Part shown: piece by piece, positions 47,336 through 56,959 of the stretch
How the letters are laid out: each line of letters starts with the position of its first letter
Position numbering within the stretch: the stretch's first letter is position 1
Assembly: GCA_963765495.1 (NCBI GenBank)
Contig: CAVXWP010000008.1
Location: forward strand, 320,001-384,000
DNA: 64,000 bases
Source: Blastocatellia bacterium
GTDB taxonomy: Bacteria > Acidobacteriota > Blastocatellia > UBA7656
Reading direction: 5' to 3'
Notes under the pieces: generated by a model
Database searches by the model: none
What the model was told of the DNA's origin: nothing
What the model saw: only the letters and a program-made list of their open reading frames with translations
Position numbers and translations under genes: made by a program

Positions 47336-48917
47336 TCGATCCTCCGGAAGGGTTTCTTTGGCTCTCGGCCCTCAGCATGTACCGCTGTATCTTCCCTGTG
47401 GATGTGCGAGGCAACTCCTTTAAGAATTCGATTTGAGAAGGCACCTTGTAATGCGGAAGCCGAGAACTTAAGAATTCAAGCAATATCGACTCTAGCGCCT
47501 CGCGCGCTCCATCCTGTCGGATGACCACAAAAGCCTTTGCCGTTGCCAGCCCGCTATCTCCTATCGAGGCAATAACCGCTGCTTCAACCACGCTTTCGTG
47601 CCGCAGAAGCTCGGTTTCAACCTCAACCGGGGACACCCATAACCCGTTCACCTTAAAACAATCATCAGACCGCCCAACATGAAAATAGAACCCATCCTCA
47701 TCCCTTCGATACACATCTCCCGTCCTCACCCATCCCTCCTGAATCGTCTCGGCTGTCAGTTCCGGCTGATTCCAGTACCCTGTCGTACCGCTTGCCCCCC
47801 TAACCCACAGATGACCCGATTCCCCCGGGTTACATTCCCTTCCCACATCGTCGAGCAGGTGCGCTTCGTATGAAGGCACAAGTTGCCCGCTTGAACCCGC
47901 GCGCGCGCTCCCCTCTCGATTCGATATGAAGATGTGGAGCATTTCGGTTGACCCTATGCCATCGAGTATCTTTGACCCGTATAATCGTTCCCAATCCGTA
48001 AATATGCTCTCGGGAAGCGCCTCCCCTGCGGAGATGCATAACCGCAGGGATGACAGGTCCAATTGCCCCCCCTCATTCTCGTATTCGAGAAGAGAGCGAT
48101 ATATCGCAGGGACGCCAAAAAACACGTCGGGTCTTCTCTGCTGAAATAAGGAAGAGAGTCTTTGAGGCGAAGGGCGTTCCCTGTCCAAAATCACCGTCGC
48201 CCCTGCCGCAAGTGGAAAAGAGAGGCTGTTGCCTAAACCGTATGCGAAGAATAGCCGGGAAGCCGAATAACATATGTCTTCCGGCGTCAAATTGAGTATG
48301 TTCTCCGAATAACTTTTCACTGTGCAGGGGATGGCTCCCTGTCTATGGATTACCCCCTTTGGCTTCCCCGTGCTGCCCGATGTGTAAAGCAGGAATGCCG
48401 GAGACTCACGAGTCGTGGCGATGCCAGCCATTTCCCCTGCGGGAATTTCTTCCGATTGTGACCCGCTCCACCTGTTCGCTTCTACCGATAAAATCTGACA
48501 TCGCCCCTCGGGTTCAACTCCGCACTGGTCTATCTTCAGCCGCAGTTCATCCTCGGTAATCACTATTCTCGACGCCGAATCACGGAGTATAAACGCTAAA
48601 TCATCGGCAGGTATAAAGGTATTTACCGGGACGCAGATCGCACCGATTGAGACGACGGCCAGAAACCCTGCAATCCAGTCCGGCGAGTCATAAAGCAGGA
48701 GCGCAACCCTGTCGCCTTGCTTTGCCCCACAATCAAGAATTCTCCGTTTCCAGTGATCTACCTCATTTCGAAGCTCGCTGTATCTTATGGACCTGTCACG
48801 ATATTCAATCGCGACCCGATCACCTATTTCGCGCAGTCGATCTTCGCCCAGAAAATAGTCGCAAAGATTAAAGTATGGCGGGGATTTTGTCATCAGGGCG
48901 CGATTATATGTCATCAC
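47325..48917 (-). CDS. Benzoate-CoA ligase family AMP-dependent ligase
   Basis: YTSGSTGKPKG, FFAYGLGN, SAGEALP, DGIGSTEMLHIF motifs. Confidence 0.88.
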   Translation of the reverse strand: MMTYNRALMTKSPPYFNLCDYFLGEDRLREIGDRVAIEYRDRSIRYSELRNEVDHWKRRILDCGAKQGDRVALLLYDSPDWIAGFLAVVSIGAICVPVNTFIPADDLAFILRDSASRIVITEDELRLKIDQCGVEPEGRCQILSVEANRWSGSQSEEIPAGEMAGIATTRESPAFLLYTSGSTGKPKGVIHRQGAIPCTVKSYSENILNLTPEDICYSASRLFFAYGLGNSLSFPLAAGATVILDRERPSPQRLSSLFQQRRPDVFFGVPAIYRSLLEYENEGGQLDLSSLRLCISAGEALPESIFTDWERLYGSKILDGIGSTEMLHIFISNREGSARAGSSGQLVPSYEAHLLDDVGRECNPGESGHLWVRGASGTTGYWNQPELTAETIQEGWVRTGDVYRRDEDGFYFHVGRSDDCFKVNGLWVSPVEVETELLRHESVVEAAVIASIGDSGLATAKAFVVIRQDGAREALESILLEFLSSRLPHYKVPSQIEFLKELPRTSTGKIQRYMLRAESQRNPSGGSNDH

Positions 48918-48956
48918 GCCCTTTCAATTAAAGTCATCTCGATGTGAGTTCTCAGT

Positions 48957-50750
48957 CTAAAAGACTAATGCTGTTTGCTTGAGCTTCAGCTTCTTCAAGA
49001 TGTAGTTGTCTTCATCAAAACCGAAGCTGACGGGCCGTTTATTAGAAGGCACCGCAAATCTCTGCTTGCGGGAATCATTAAATACAGTGACGGTCTCGCT
49101 CGTTCCATCAACAAAATGGACTGTCACTTTAATCGGCATGACATAAACATGCGCGAGGTCGCCTGAACGGTTGGGAATCTCCTGCTTTTGCTTCTGCTTT
49201 ACCGTAAATGCAACAGAAAATGTGCCTTTCTCGACACCATCTTCTATGGTGTAAGTAACTTTATAGACTGGCCGCCCCGGAGCATAAATCCACTCGTTAA
49301 AGAACCACTCAAGGCTTGAGCCATAATGGTCTTCGCATACCTTCCGAAAATCATCAGTCGAGGCATTTGAGTAGGCATACCGCCCGGCGTAATCCTTGTA
49401 CGCTGCAAAGAACGCATCGTCGCCCATTATCCCTCTGAGCATATGCAGAACCCATCCGCCCTTTGTATAAATGGCGCCTCTGTCGTCATACGGGTCCGCC
49501 AGGTCTTCGGCATAAACCGTGCCGCCCATCCGCCCGTCAACTTCGCCGTCATCATAGCTCTGGGACATCACTATTCCCGGGTCCAGATGGAGATACCGTT
49601 CATAAAAGAGGACTTCGGAATATGTAGCAAACCCTTCATTGAGCCATATATCGTGCCAGGACTTCATCGTCACCAGATCGCCCCACCAGTGGTGCGCCAG
49701 TTCGTGTGCTATAACTCCCTGCCCGGTATTTGTCTCCGAACCCACTATATTTGAGCCGAGACTAGTGATGGTCTGGTGCTCCATGGCTCCGCTCCAGGGA
49801 AATTCTGCCATCCCGTATTTTTCATCTAAAAACGGGTATTCGCCATAAAGCGGCGCAAATATTTCGATTGCCCTTCGAGTGACCGAAAATTTCTGCTCGG
49901 CGAGCGTCAAATGCTCGGGGTAGACAAAATACTCGATTGGCATCTGTCTGGAACCATCAAGCGATGTGTAGGTGTCGGCAAACCGCTCATAATTTGTGAC
50001 CGCGACCGAAATCAGATAAGGCGCTATGGGATAATCTTCTCGCCAGTGAAAGGCAGTCGTCCCGTCCTCGCCGGTCTCGACACTTTCGAGCACTCCATTT
50101 GATGCAACAGAAAACTTCTTTGGCACGGATGCCTCGATAGTGGCGGTCGCCTTATCATTCACATCATCAATACAGGGCCACCAGCTAGGTGCAGCGTAAG
50201 GTTCGCTCAAACTCGCCATCACCGGAACGTCTGACGCTCCGTGCTGCGCTACGAGCATTCCACTGCCAAGACTTCCAATTGTAGTGGCCGTCCCGTGATA
50301 GTCGATCACTATTGCGAACTCCGATTCGGCGGTCAACCCACCCGGGATTGCGATTACAACTTGATTCCTCTTGCGCTTAAACTCAAGCGAGGTAATGCCG
50401 TCTCTTACCCCCTCTATCACAAGATTTTCGAACGCATCCACGGTTATGAGAGATGTATCGGCAAGCGCTTTCCCGGTGATCGTCACGCTCCCGGCTATGG
50501 TCCCCTCAGATGGATTCAATCGGATTTGCAGCAGGTAATGAGTTACATCGATCGGTTGACCTGGTGTTGCGATAGAGAGCGCCTTTATCAGTTGTTGTTC
50601 GCCTATCCGGTGATCCATTTTCTCAACAAGATCGTGCTCGGTCTTGATCCTGTTGTACAGTTCGCCTTCGGTTTGCGCGCCCGAGTTTGTGGAAGGAAAT
50701 TGACAGAGAATCATCAGAGCGACTATCAGGAGAACGGTTGCTCTAAACAT
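48957..50750 (-). CDS. M1 family aminopeptidase (secreted)
   Basis: GAMEH, HELAH..W, WLNEGFA, YTKG motifs; start MFRATV likely (ORF to 50795). Confidence 0.9.
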   Translation of the reverse strand: MFRATVLLIVALMILCQFPSTNSGAQTEGELYNRIKTEHDLVEKMDHRIGEQQLIKALSIATPGQPIDVTHYLLQIRLNPSEGTIAGSVTITGKALADTSLITVDAFENLVIEGVRDGITSLEFKRKRNQVVIAIPGGLTAESEFAIVIDYHGTATTIGSLGSGMLVAQHGASDVPVMASLSEPYAAPSWWPCIDDVNDKATATIEASVPKKFSVASNGVLESVETGEDGTTAFHWREDYPIAPYLISVAVTNYERFADTYTSLDGSRQMPIEYFVYPEHLTLAEQKFSVTRRAIEIFAPLYGEYPFLDEKYGMAEFPWSGAMEHQTITSLGSNIVGSETNTGQGVIAHELAHHWWGDLVTMKSWHDIWLNEGFATYSEVLFYERYLHLDPGIVMSQSYDDGEVDGRMGGTVYAEDLADPYDDRGAIYTKGGWVLHMLRGIMGDDAFFAAYKDYAGRYAYSNASTDDFRKVCEDHYGSSLEWFFNEWIYAPGRPVYKVTYTIEDGVEKGTFSVAFTVKQKQKQEIPNRSGDLAHVYVMPIKVTVHFVDGTSETVTVFNDSRKQRFAVPSNKRPVSFGFDEDNYILKKLKLKQTALVF

Positions 50751-50832
50751 AACTACTCCTGGGGATGAACTACACGGGATGCGGTAGTATAACACATCGA
50801 TGGTCTTAGCGCTTAAAACCTGACAGGGGTAA

Positions 50833-51909
50833 TTATTTTACTTCCCTTATAAATGCTTTATAGGATGACTCGATGATCTGTGAGTCAACATCTCCTGAAA
50901 GAATTAACACGCGGTACTTAAAGGTCGCGGATTGCCCCGGTTCGAGGGTCAGTTTTAATTCCTCTTTTCCGTTGCTAAAAACCTTCTGCCCAAGCGGATT
51001 GGCCGCAAATAATCCATACCCCCGAGCGTGCCAATAGGTAGGGAAGCCGGGATTTGTCGGATGATCTAAAATGGCCAGCGCAACATTCTTCTCTCCTATC
51101 ATTCCTGAAAGCATCACCCAGCGGCCCCGTGTCCCCCAGACATCATCGCCTCTCTTCCCTTCGCTGCTCAGATACTTTCCTGTCACCCCTCGATTGTCGA
51201 GTCGGGGAACGCTTGTAGCCTTTCCCGTGGCGTCTGTAAATACCTCAGCCGTATCGGAAGGCTGTTCGAGTTGCCTCGCCACCCGAATCCCCAGCACGCC
51301 CTCCTTGTTATCATTGAAGACTACCCGGCGATCCGTGGCCGTAAGCGTCGTTATGCGGTCAATCGAGCGCAGATGTGGTCCGGCGTGAAAAACAAAAATG
51401 GTCTCCTCTCGCAAAAGGGCTCTGCCATCCGGTCCATCCCAATCCATCTCGACCTCAAGACGGGCGCTCTCCTTGCCTCCTTCCGCCCTCCTGATTTTCT
51501 TCTGTCTTATTACGCCGTAATGACCACGGTCCTCTGGTTTTATCGCATCGGAGTTGTTCCAGAAGTCTATTCCATTAACATCACCGTAATTGAGCCATAA
51601 TCCTACCTGATGAGGATGATCAACCCTTTCCCCCGCTCTCGGCTCAAGAGGAAACCCACGGGTCACTATCGTCCCTTCGGATGTTCTGAGCGGATACAAC
51701 ACCGGCTTCTTTATTGTGTCGGGCCAGATGTATGAGGTAAACGGCTTACCATCAACCGTGACGTCCACGCGATGCTCGTTCTCAAGCACGACTACGTGCA
51801 GGCCGGTCTCATATCCGATGGACCGAATGGAAAAACTCGGAAACAAGAGCAAGGCAAGCGCCGCCACGAAAAAGAAAAAACCTCTGCCGGTTGAAAAACG
51901 CGCCTTCAT
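50833..51909 (-). CDS. Exported DUF6807-type ('PmoA-like') beta-sandwich protein
   Basis: KPVLYPL..G..VTRG.P, DHPHQVGLW, DHPTNP.FPTYWHARGYGL motifs; sugar-cluster context. Confidence 0.75.
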   Translation of the reverse strand: MKARFSTGRGFFFFVAALALLLFPSFSIRSIGYETGLHVVVLENEHRVDVTVDGKPFTSYIWPDTIKKPVLYPLRTSEGTIVTRGFPLEPRAGERVDHPHQVGLWLNYGDVNGIDFWNNSDAIKPEDRGHYGVIRQKKIRRAEGGKESARLEVEMDWDGPDGRALLREETIFVFHAGPHLRSIDRITTLTATDRRVVFNDNKEGVLGIRVARQLEQPSDTAEVFTDATGKATSVPRLDNRGVTGKYLSSEGKRGDDVWGTRGRWVMLSGMIGEKNVALAILDHPTNPGFPTYWHARGYGLFAANPLGQKVFSNGKEELKLTLEPGQSATFKYRVLILSGDVDSQIIESSYKAFIREVK

Positions 51910-51931
51910 CCCTCTTACCTCTTCCCGCTTT

Positions 51932-51966
51932 GCCTCTTGCCCCTCGCCTTTTGCCCTTCGCCCTTA
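51932..51966. repeat. Heptamer tandem repeat (GCCYYTY x5)
   Basis: GCCTCTT GCCCCTC GCCTTTT GCCCTTC GCCCTTA. Confidence 0.65.
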
Positions 51967-53340
51967 TCCCAGCACTACATCCTGTCTTGCCTCATCGAAT
52001 GTGACTCGCTTGCCGGAATGCAGGGCGGCAATCGTCATACAGAGCGCCACCGAATGATTGTATGCCGCGTGGATATCTGCGTTTGGGGTCTTTCTTGATC
52101 GAACGCATTCCATCCAATTCCGCATATGAGCGCCCGTCGAAGGATCGAGCCCCGTATTCGCCCCGGTCGCGGGATTGGCTTCCCCATCCGCCTCATCAAC
52201 AAGCGACATCTTTTCGATCTGAAAAGGTTCCATCCCCATCGGTTTGGCATACTCTTCGGGCAGCCCTCCATCCGGCCCTACCTGATTGGTATCGAGATTC
52301 AGGCTCCCGCCGTTTGAATAATAAATCTCCTTTACGCCACCCGCGCTGTTTGTCTGCCTCGATGAGTAGACGACCTGAAATCCCTTGCCCCCTTTCGCGG
52401 CATCGCCGTAATCAAAGACCGCTGTCATCGTATCAAAGTTTTTCCGCCCGTCCCGCCATAAGTAATTCCCCCCGTTTGCGACTACCGATGTCGGGTGGTT
52501 GTAGCCGGTAAACCAGTGAACCGTATCAATCTGGTGAACCATCCACTGGTCGGGTATCCCCGATGAATACGGCCAGAAGAGGCGAAATTCCAGATGTTTC
52601 CTTGCGTCGAACGGCTCGAAGGGCCTGTTGATAAGGAACCGTTTCCAGTCGGTATCCTCTTCACGCAGCAACGGCACAAGATCCGGTCGCCGCCATCTCC
52701 CCGGTTGATTCACATTCCACGTCATCTCTGCCATGACTATGTCGCCGAATTTGCCTGATCTTAAAAACTCGTTTGCGCGGATGTAGTTCTGTGTGGACCG
52801 TCGCTGTGTGCCTACCTGCACGATATGTTTTGAGCCGGTCACAAGCTTTAGCGCCGCGCGCGCATCAGACATCGTATTGGCAAAGGGCTTTTCTACATAA
52901 ACATCCTTTCCGGCGCGGACCGCTTCTATGCAATGGAAGGCGTGTTGAAAATCGGCCGTGGCGATAATAACGGCATCTATGTTCTTCATCGAATATAGCT
53001 CGTCCGTATTTCGCGCCTCGACCACATTCCCTTCCGGTAACGGAAATTTGAATCTCCTGGCCTGATGATTGACAAACGACACACCTTCAACCCGCCGCTT
53101 GTTCCAGATATCGCAAACGGCAACAGGCTCAAAATTCAATTCACCGGCCAGACTCATAAAGGCCGGGATCAGCGCATCGCGAGCGCGGTCACCCGGCCCG
53201 ACAATCGCGACTCTCACCCTGTCATTTGCGCCAAGTATCCTTGAATAACTGATAGCGCTTGAACCGAGCGTGAGACCCGCCGCACCTGCCATTGTCGCCT
53301 TGATGAAATCTCGTCTTGGATTATTTTTTCTCGACATCAT
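51964..53340 (-). CDS. Tat-exported Gfo/Idh/MocA oxidoreductase
   Basis: PRRDFIK Tat motif, GANDRV, YVEKP, QVGTQRRS; start MMSRK after GGGAGG (ORF to 53400). Confidence 0.9.
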   Translation of the reverse strand: MMSRKNNPRRDFIKATMAGAAGLTLGSSAISYSRILGANDRVRVAIVGPGDRARDALIPAFMSLAGELNFEPVAVCDIWNKRRVEGVSFVNHQARRFKFPLPEGNVVEARNTDELYSMKNIDAVIIATADFQHAFHCIEAVRAGKDVYVEKPFANTMSDARAALKLVTGSKHIVQVGTQRRSTQNYIRANEFLRSGKFGDIVMAEMTWNVNQPGRWRRPDLVPLLREEDTDWKRFLINRPFEPFDARKHLEFRLFWPYSSGIPDQWMVHQIDTVHWFTGYNHPTSVVANGGNYLWRDGRKNFDTMTAVFDYGDAAKGGKGFQVVYSSRQTNSAGGVKEIYYSNGGSLNLDTNQVGPDGGLPEEYAKPMGMEPFQIEKMSLVDEADGEANPATGANTGLDPSTGAHMRNWMECVRSRKTPNADIHAAYNHSVALCMTIAALHSGKRVTFDEARQDVVLG

Positions 53341-53377
53341 CTCCCTCCCTATCAGACCGCTTATGAAAAGGTGGTCT

Positions 53378-54250
53378 CTAAAGTACACCCGCGCGTGCAA
53401 GCAGCAGTTTCATCCCCGCCATGCTTTGACGCGAAGATTCCTCCGGCGTACCCGCGCCGCGCCAGTGCGTCTCAAGGCTCACGACTCCTCGATAGCCGTC
53501 TTTCTTCAAGGCTCGAAACTGGCCTGTGTAATCTATGATTCCCCGCCCCATCGCCATCCATTCTGTCCCTCCGCCCTCGTGACGAATCAAATCTTTGCAA
53601 TGCATATAACCGATTCGATCCTTTGGCAGCAACGAATATCCATCGGGGAACGGAGTCTCGCCGCGCGCAGCCGCATTGCCGGGATCCCAGTTCAATTTCA
53701 ACCCTCTCGATTTTACCGCGGCAAGTGTGCGCGCCGCTTCCGCGCCCGTCGCAGTGTTGCAGGCGTGTTCGTTTTCGAGCAATAAAACGAGTCCCCGCTT
53801 TTGCGCCTTCTCCGCCGCCTCGAAAAGCTTTTGATCCATCGCCGAGCGATACGGCTTTTGATCCTCCAAACGCCAGAAATCGAATACGCGAATCTTGTCT
53901 GTGTTGAAGGCCCGCGCAAGCTCGAATCCCCGCTCAAGAAGCTCGTCCTGTTGCTCGAATGTGTAGCCTGCGCCAAATTGATCGCGTTTCGGGCTGAATC
54001 TGGAGGGAGGAGCGCCCGGCCATTCCACCTTGAATATCGGCGATGCAATCGACGACACCCGCAGGCGAAAACGCTCCAACAATCCCCGGGCTTCGCCGAT
54101 CTCTTTCGCGTCAAGAGCCATTATGTTCTTGCCCCAGAGTTCCCTCACCTCTACAAAACCGAGCTGAAACTCCTTCGCTGCCACCTCGAGCGCGTGCCCG
54201 AAATCATTGGTTATCTCATCGGTTATTACTGAAATCTTGAATGTAGACAT
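53378..54250 (-). CDS. Sugar phosphate isomerase/epimerase (xylose-isomerase-like TIM barrel)
   Basis: ITDEI, LENE, WDPGN, HCKD, SLETH motifs. Confidence 0.88.
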   Translation of the reverse strand: MSTFKISVITDEITNDFGHALEVAAKEFQLGFVEVRELWGKNIMALDAKEIGEARGLLERFRLRVSSIASPIFKVEWPGAPPSRFSPKRDQFGAGYTFEQQDELLERGFELARAFNTDKIRVFDFWRLEDQKPYRSAMDQKLFEAAEKAQKRGLVLLLENEHACNTATGAEAARTLAAVKSRGLKLNWDPGNAAARGETPFPDGYSLLPKDRIGYMHCKDLIRHEGGGTEWMAMGRGIIDYTGQFRALKKDGYRGVVSLETHWRGAGTPEESSRQSMAGMKLLLARAGVL

Positions 54251-54281
54251 AACTCTTTGAACCGTCCCTGCGGGACCTGTC

Positions 54282-55271
54282 TTAAATCTTTGTCTTCAGA
54301 ATTTCTTCCAGATACATCTTGCTGATCTCGGCCGACTCTTTTGGAGTCCTCGCCTTATCGGGCACCCCGTCAAGTTCGACTATGGCCCAGCCTCTGAAAC
54401 CGATCTCCTCAAGAGCCTTCATTACCCCGGGCAGGTCGATCTTTCCTCGCCCCAGTTCGACAAAGCGATACCTGCGCCTGTCGTTCTCGCGCCCTTCAAG
54501 CGATTCCACATCTTTCAAATGCAAAAAGAGCAGACGGTCTCGATATTTCTTTATAGCATCGACCGGATTGCCCCCGCCTTGAAAGTAATGCGCGATGTCG
54601 AGTTCGAACTTGAGGTATCGCGGGTCGGTCGCTTCGAGGATTCGATCCACTTCCTCAGGCGCTTCGCCGAGACTGCCCATATGATTGTGATAACCTACAC
54701 GCACACCCAGATCTACTGCGCGCTTGCTGACCTCGTTTAACATATGACCGAGACGTTTAAAGTCTTCCGCCGAAGGGGGGCGGTCCTTCGGGCGTGCCGA
54801 ATCGATCAATTGAAGATAATGCCCGCCGACATCCCGCACAAACTGCGCGTGCTTTGTGTGAAGGTTGATCGTCTCGCCCTCAGACCCCGAGGCAATACCT
54901 ACATTGCCGCTCGATAATGCCACCATTTCAAGATGATTTCGCCGAAGGATTTCGCGCAACTCCTTTGGGCGGTCTCCAAAACGCTCAAGCACATTGGCCC
55001 GCAATTGAATCCCGTGGTAGCCGACCGAAGAGATGTCCTTTATTGCCTGAAGATCGTCTCCGCCCCAGGTGATTGCCGCGCATCCAAATTCTATCTTTGA
55101 TGGTGCCGGAGTGATAGGGGTGTCGAAAACGCTCAGATCCATCCTGGGATAAAGCGGCGGTTCGAAAAGCCGCCCCAGACTTATCGAGGGGAGCGAAAGC
55201 GTAGCGGCCGTAACGCCCAGACTTGAGATAAATCTGCGACGAGAAATCTGTGATCTCATCCCTTGCTCCAT
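54282..55271 (-). CDS. Tat-exported IolE-like TIM-barrel isomerase/dehydratase
   Basis: SRRRFI Tat motif, ITWG, YHNH, DIAH, HLKD, GWAIVE motifs. Confidence 0.85.
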   Translation of the reverse strand: MEQGMRSQISRRRFISSLGVTAATLSLPSISLGRLFEPPLYPRMDLSVFDTPITPAPSKIEFGCAAITWGGDDLQAIKDISSVGYHGIQLRANVLERFGDRPKELREILRRNHLEMVALSSGNVGIASGSEGETINLHTKHAQFVRDVGGHYLQLIDSARPKDRPPSAEDFKRLGHMLNEVSKRAVDLGVRVGYHNHMGSLGEAPEEVDRILEATDPRYLKFELDIAHYFQGGGNPVDAIKKYRDRLLFLHLKDVESLEGRENDRRRYRFVELGRGKIDLPGVMKALEEIGFRGWAIVELDGVPDKARTPKESAEISKMYLEEILKTKI

Positions 55272-55519
55272 TTACTTATCGTGGATTGTCAGCAAGAAAA
55301 TACCGCAGTTATCCCCTCTTGGCAAATCGGAAAGATACCAGGGACATATTATTCCCTGTATATTTCAGGCGTTCTCATCAGGCGCAGGTGTTTTCTACGA
55401 TCACGTGATGGTTTGATCAGGGTAGAACGGGTGATGCCGTTTGTCGAATCCATCCCGGTGTTGTACCCTATGATTCCGGTTTACATCCAAACCCATTCAA
55501 TTCTGCTTGTAGGTGCAAT

Positions 55520-56959
55520 ATGGCTATGTCAAAGGCCCATGCAAAAATCAGCCTGTTGGAAGACCGCTATTTCGGACCCGATCCACGGCAAAAAGAGGTC
55601 GCAAAACATCTCTACTCCCTTGTGGCAAATGCCCCGTTGATCTGTCCTCACGGTCACGTTGATGCGCGGATGTTTGCCGACCCGGATTACAGTTTCGGCT
55701 CGCCTGCCGACCTCTTTCTCATACCCGATCACTATATTTTCAGGATGCTATACTCGCAGGGCATTTCACTCGAACGGTTGGGAATCGCGCGTCTCGACGG
55801 CGAGCCGGTAGAGACAGACCATCGTCAAATCTGGCAGCTCTTCGCAGAAAATTTTTATCTCTTTCGCGGCACGCCGACCGGACTCTGGTTCACACACGAA
55901 CTTTTTGACCTCTTCGGCGTCGAAGACAAATTGACCGACGCGACCGCGCAGGAAATTTACGACCGGATTTCAACCTGTCTGAGCCGCCCTGAATTTCGGC
56001 CTCGGAGCCTCTTTGAAAAATTCAACATCGAGGTCCTGGCCACAACCGATTCCGCAAACGATCCGCTCGACCACCATCGCGCAATCCGCGAGTCGGGTTG
56101 GACGGGTAGAGTGGTTCCCACATTCCGACCCGACGGAGTGATAAATATCGACCGCCCGGATTGGAGAAAAAACATAGACGAGTTAGGCCGCGTTTGCGGC
56201 TTTGAAGTGACGGATTATCACGGTTTGATCGCGGCGCTCGAAAACCGCCGCGCTTATTTCAAGGACCTTGGCGCAACTGCCACGGATCACGCGGTCCTGA
56301 CGCCTTATACCGAAAAACTATCCGATATGGAAGCGGAGGCCATTTTTAATCGAGCGATTCGCGGGGAGTCTGACGCAGACGACTCGATGAGATTTACCGG
56401 GCACATGATGATCGAATGCGCTCGGATGAGCACCGAGGACGGGCTTGTAATGCAACTTCATCCCGGATCATTTCGAGATCATAACAGACTTGTGCGCGAG
56501 AGATTCGGGACGGACAAAGGCGCTGACATCCCCGTACCGATTGAATATACGCGCAACCTTTTGCCCCTTCTCGAAAGGTTTGGAAACGACTCGCGGCTGA
56601 CCCTGATTCTGTTCACTCTTGATGAAGCCACCTACTCGCGCGAGCTTGCCCCTCTGGCAGGCCATTACCCGGCCGTCAGGCTCGGCCCGCCCTGGTGGTT
56701 CAACGACAGCTTGAACGGTATGCTGCGCTATCGCGATCTGGTGACAGAAACTGCGGGGATTTATAACACGGTAGGATTCAACGATGACACCCGGGCCTTC
56801 CCTTCTATCCCCGCAAGACACGACCTTGCCCGCAGGGTGGATTCAAACTGGCTTGCCGGTCTCGTACTTCGCGGGGTTGTTGACCTCACGGACGCGGAGG
56901 AGATGATTCACGACCTCTCATACGGGCTGGCGAGAAAGGCTTATAAATTTGATCTTTGA
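55520..56959 (+). CDS. uxaC: Uronate (glucuronate) isomerase
   Basis: CPHGHVD, PDHY, LVMQLHPG, LGPPWWF, FNDDTRAF motifs. Confidence 0.93.
   Translation: MAMSKAHAKISLLEDRYFGPDPRQKEVAKHLYSLVANAPLICPHGHVDARMFADPDYSFGSPADLFLIPDHYIFRMLYSQGISLERLGIARLDGEPVETDHRQIWQLFAENFYLFRGTPTGLWFTHELFDLFGVEDKLTDATAQEIYDRISTCLSRPEFRPRSLFEKFNIEVLATTDSANDPLDHHRAIRESGWTGRVVPTFRPDGVINIDRPDWRKNIDELGRVCGFEVTDYHGLIAALENRRAYFKDLGATATDHAVLTPYTEKLSDMEAEAIFNRAIRGESDADDSMRFTGHMMIECARMSTEDGLVMQLHPGSFRDHNRLVRERFGTDKGADIPVPIEYTRNLLPLLERFGNDSRLTLILFTLDEATYSRELAPLAGHYPAVRLGPPWWFNDSLNGMLRYRDLVTETAGIYNTVGFNDDTRAFPSIPARHDLARRVDSNWLAGLVLRGVVDLTDAEEMIHDLSYGLARKAYKFDL

Noticed and set aside
50833-51909. Methane monooxygenase subunit (family name 'PmoA-like')
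   Set aside because: Soluble exported protein in a sugar cluster; no pmoCAB genes or TM pattern.
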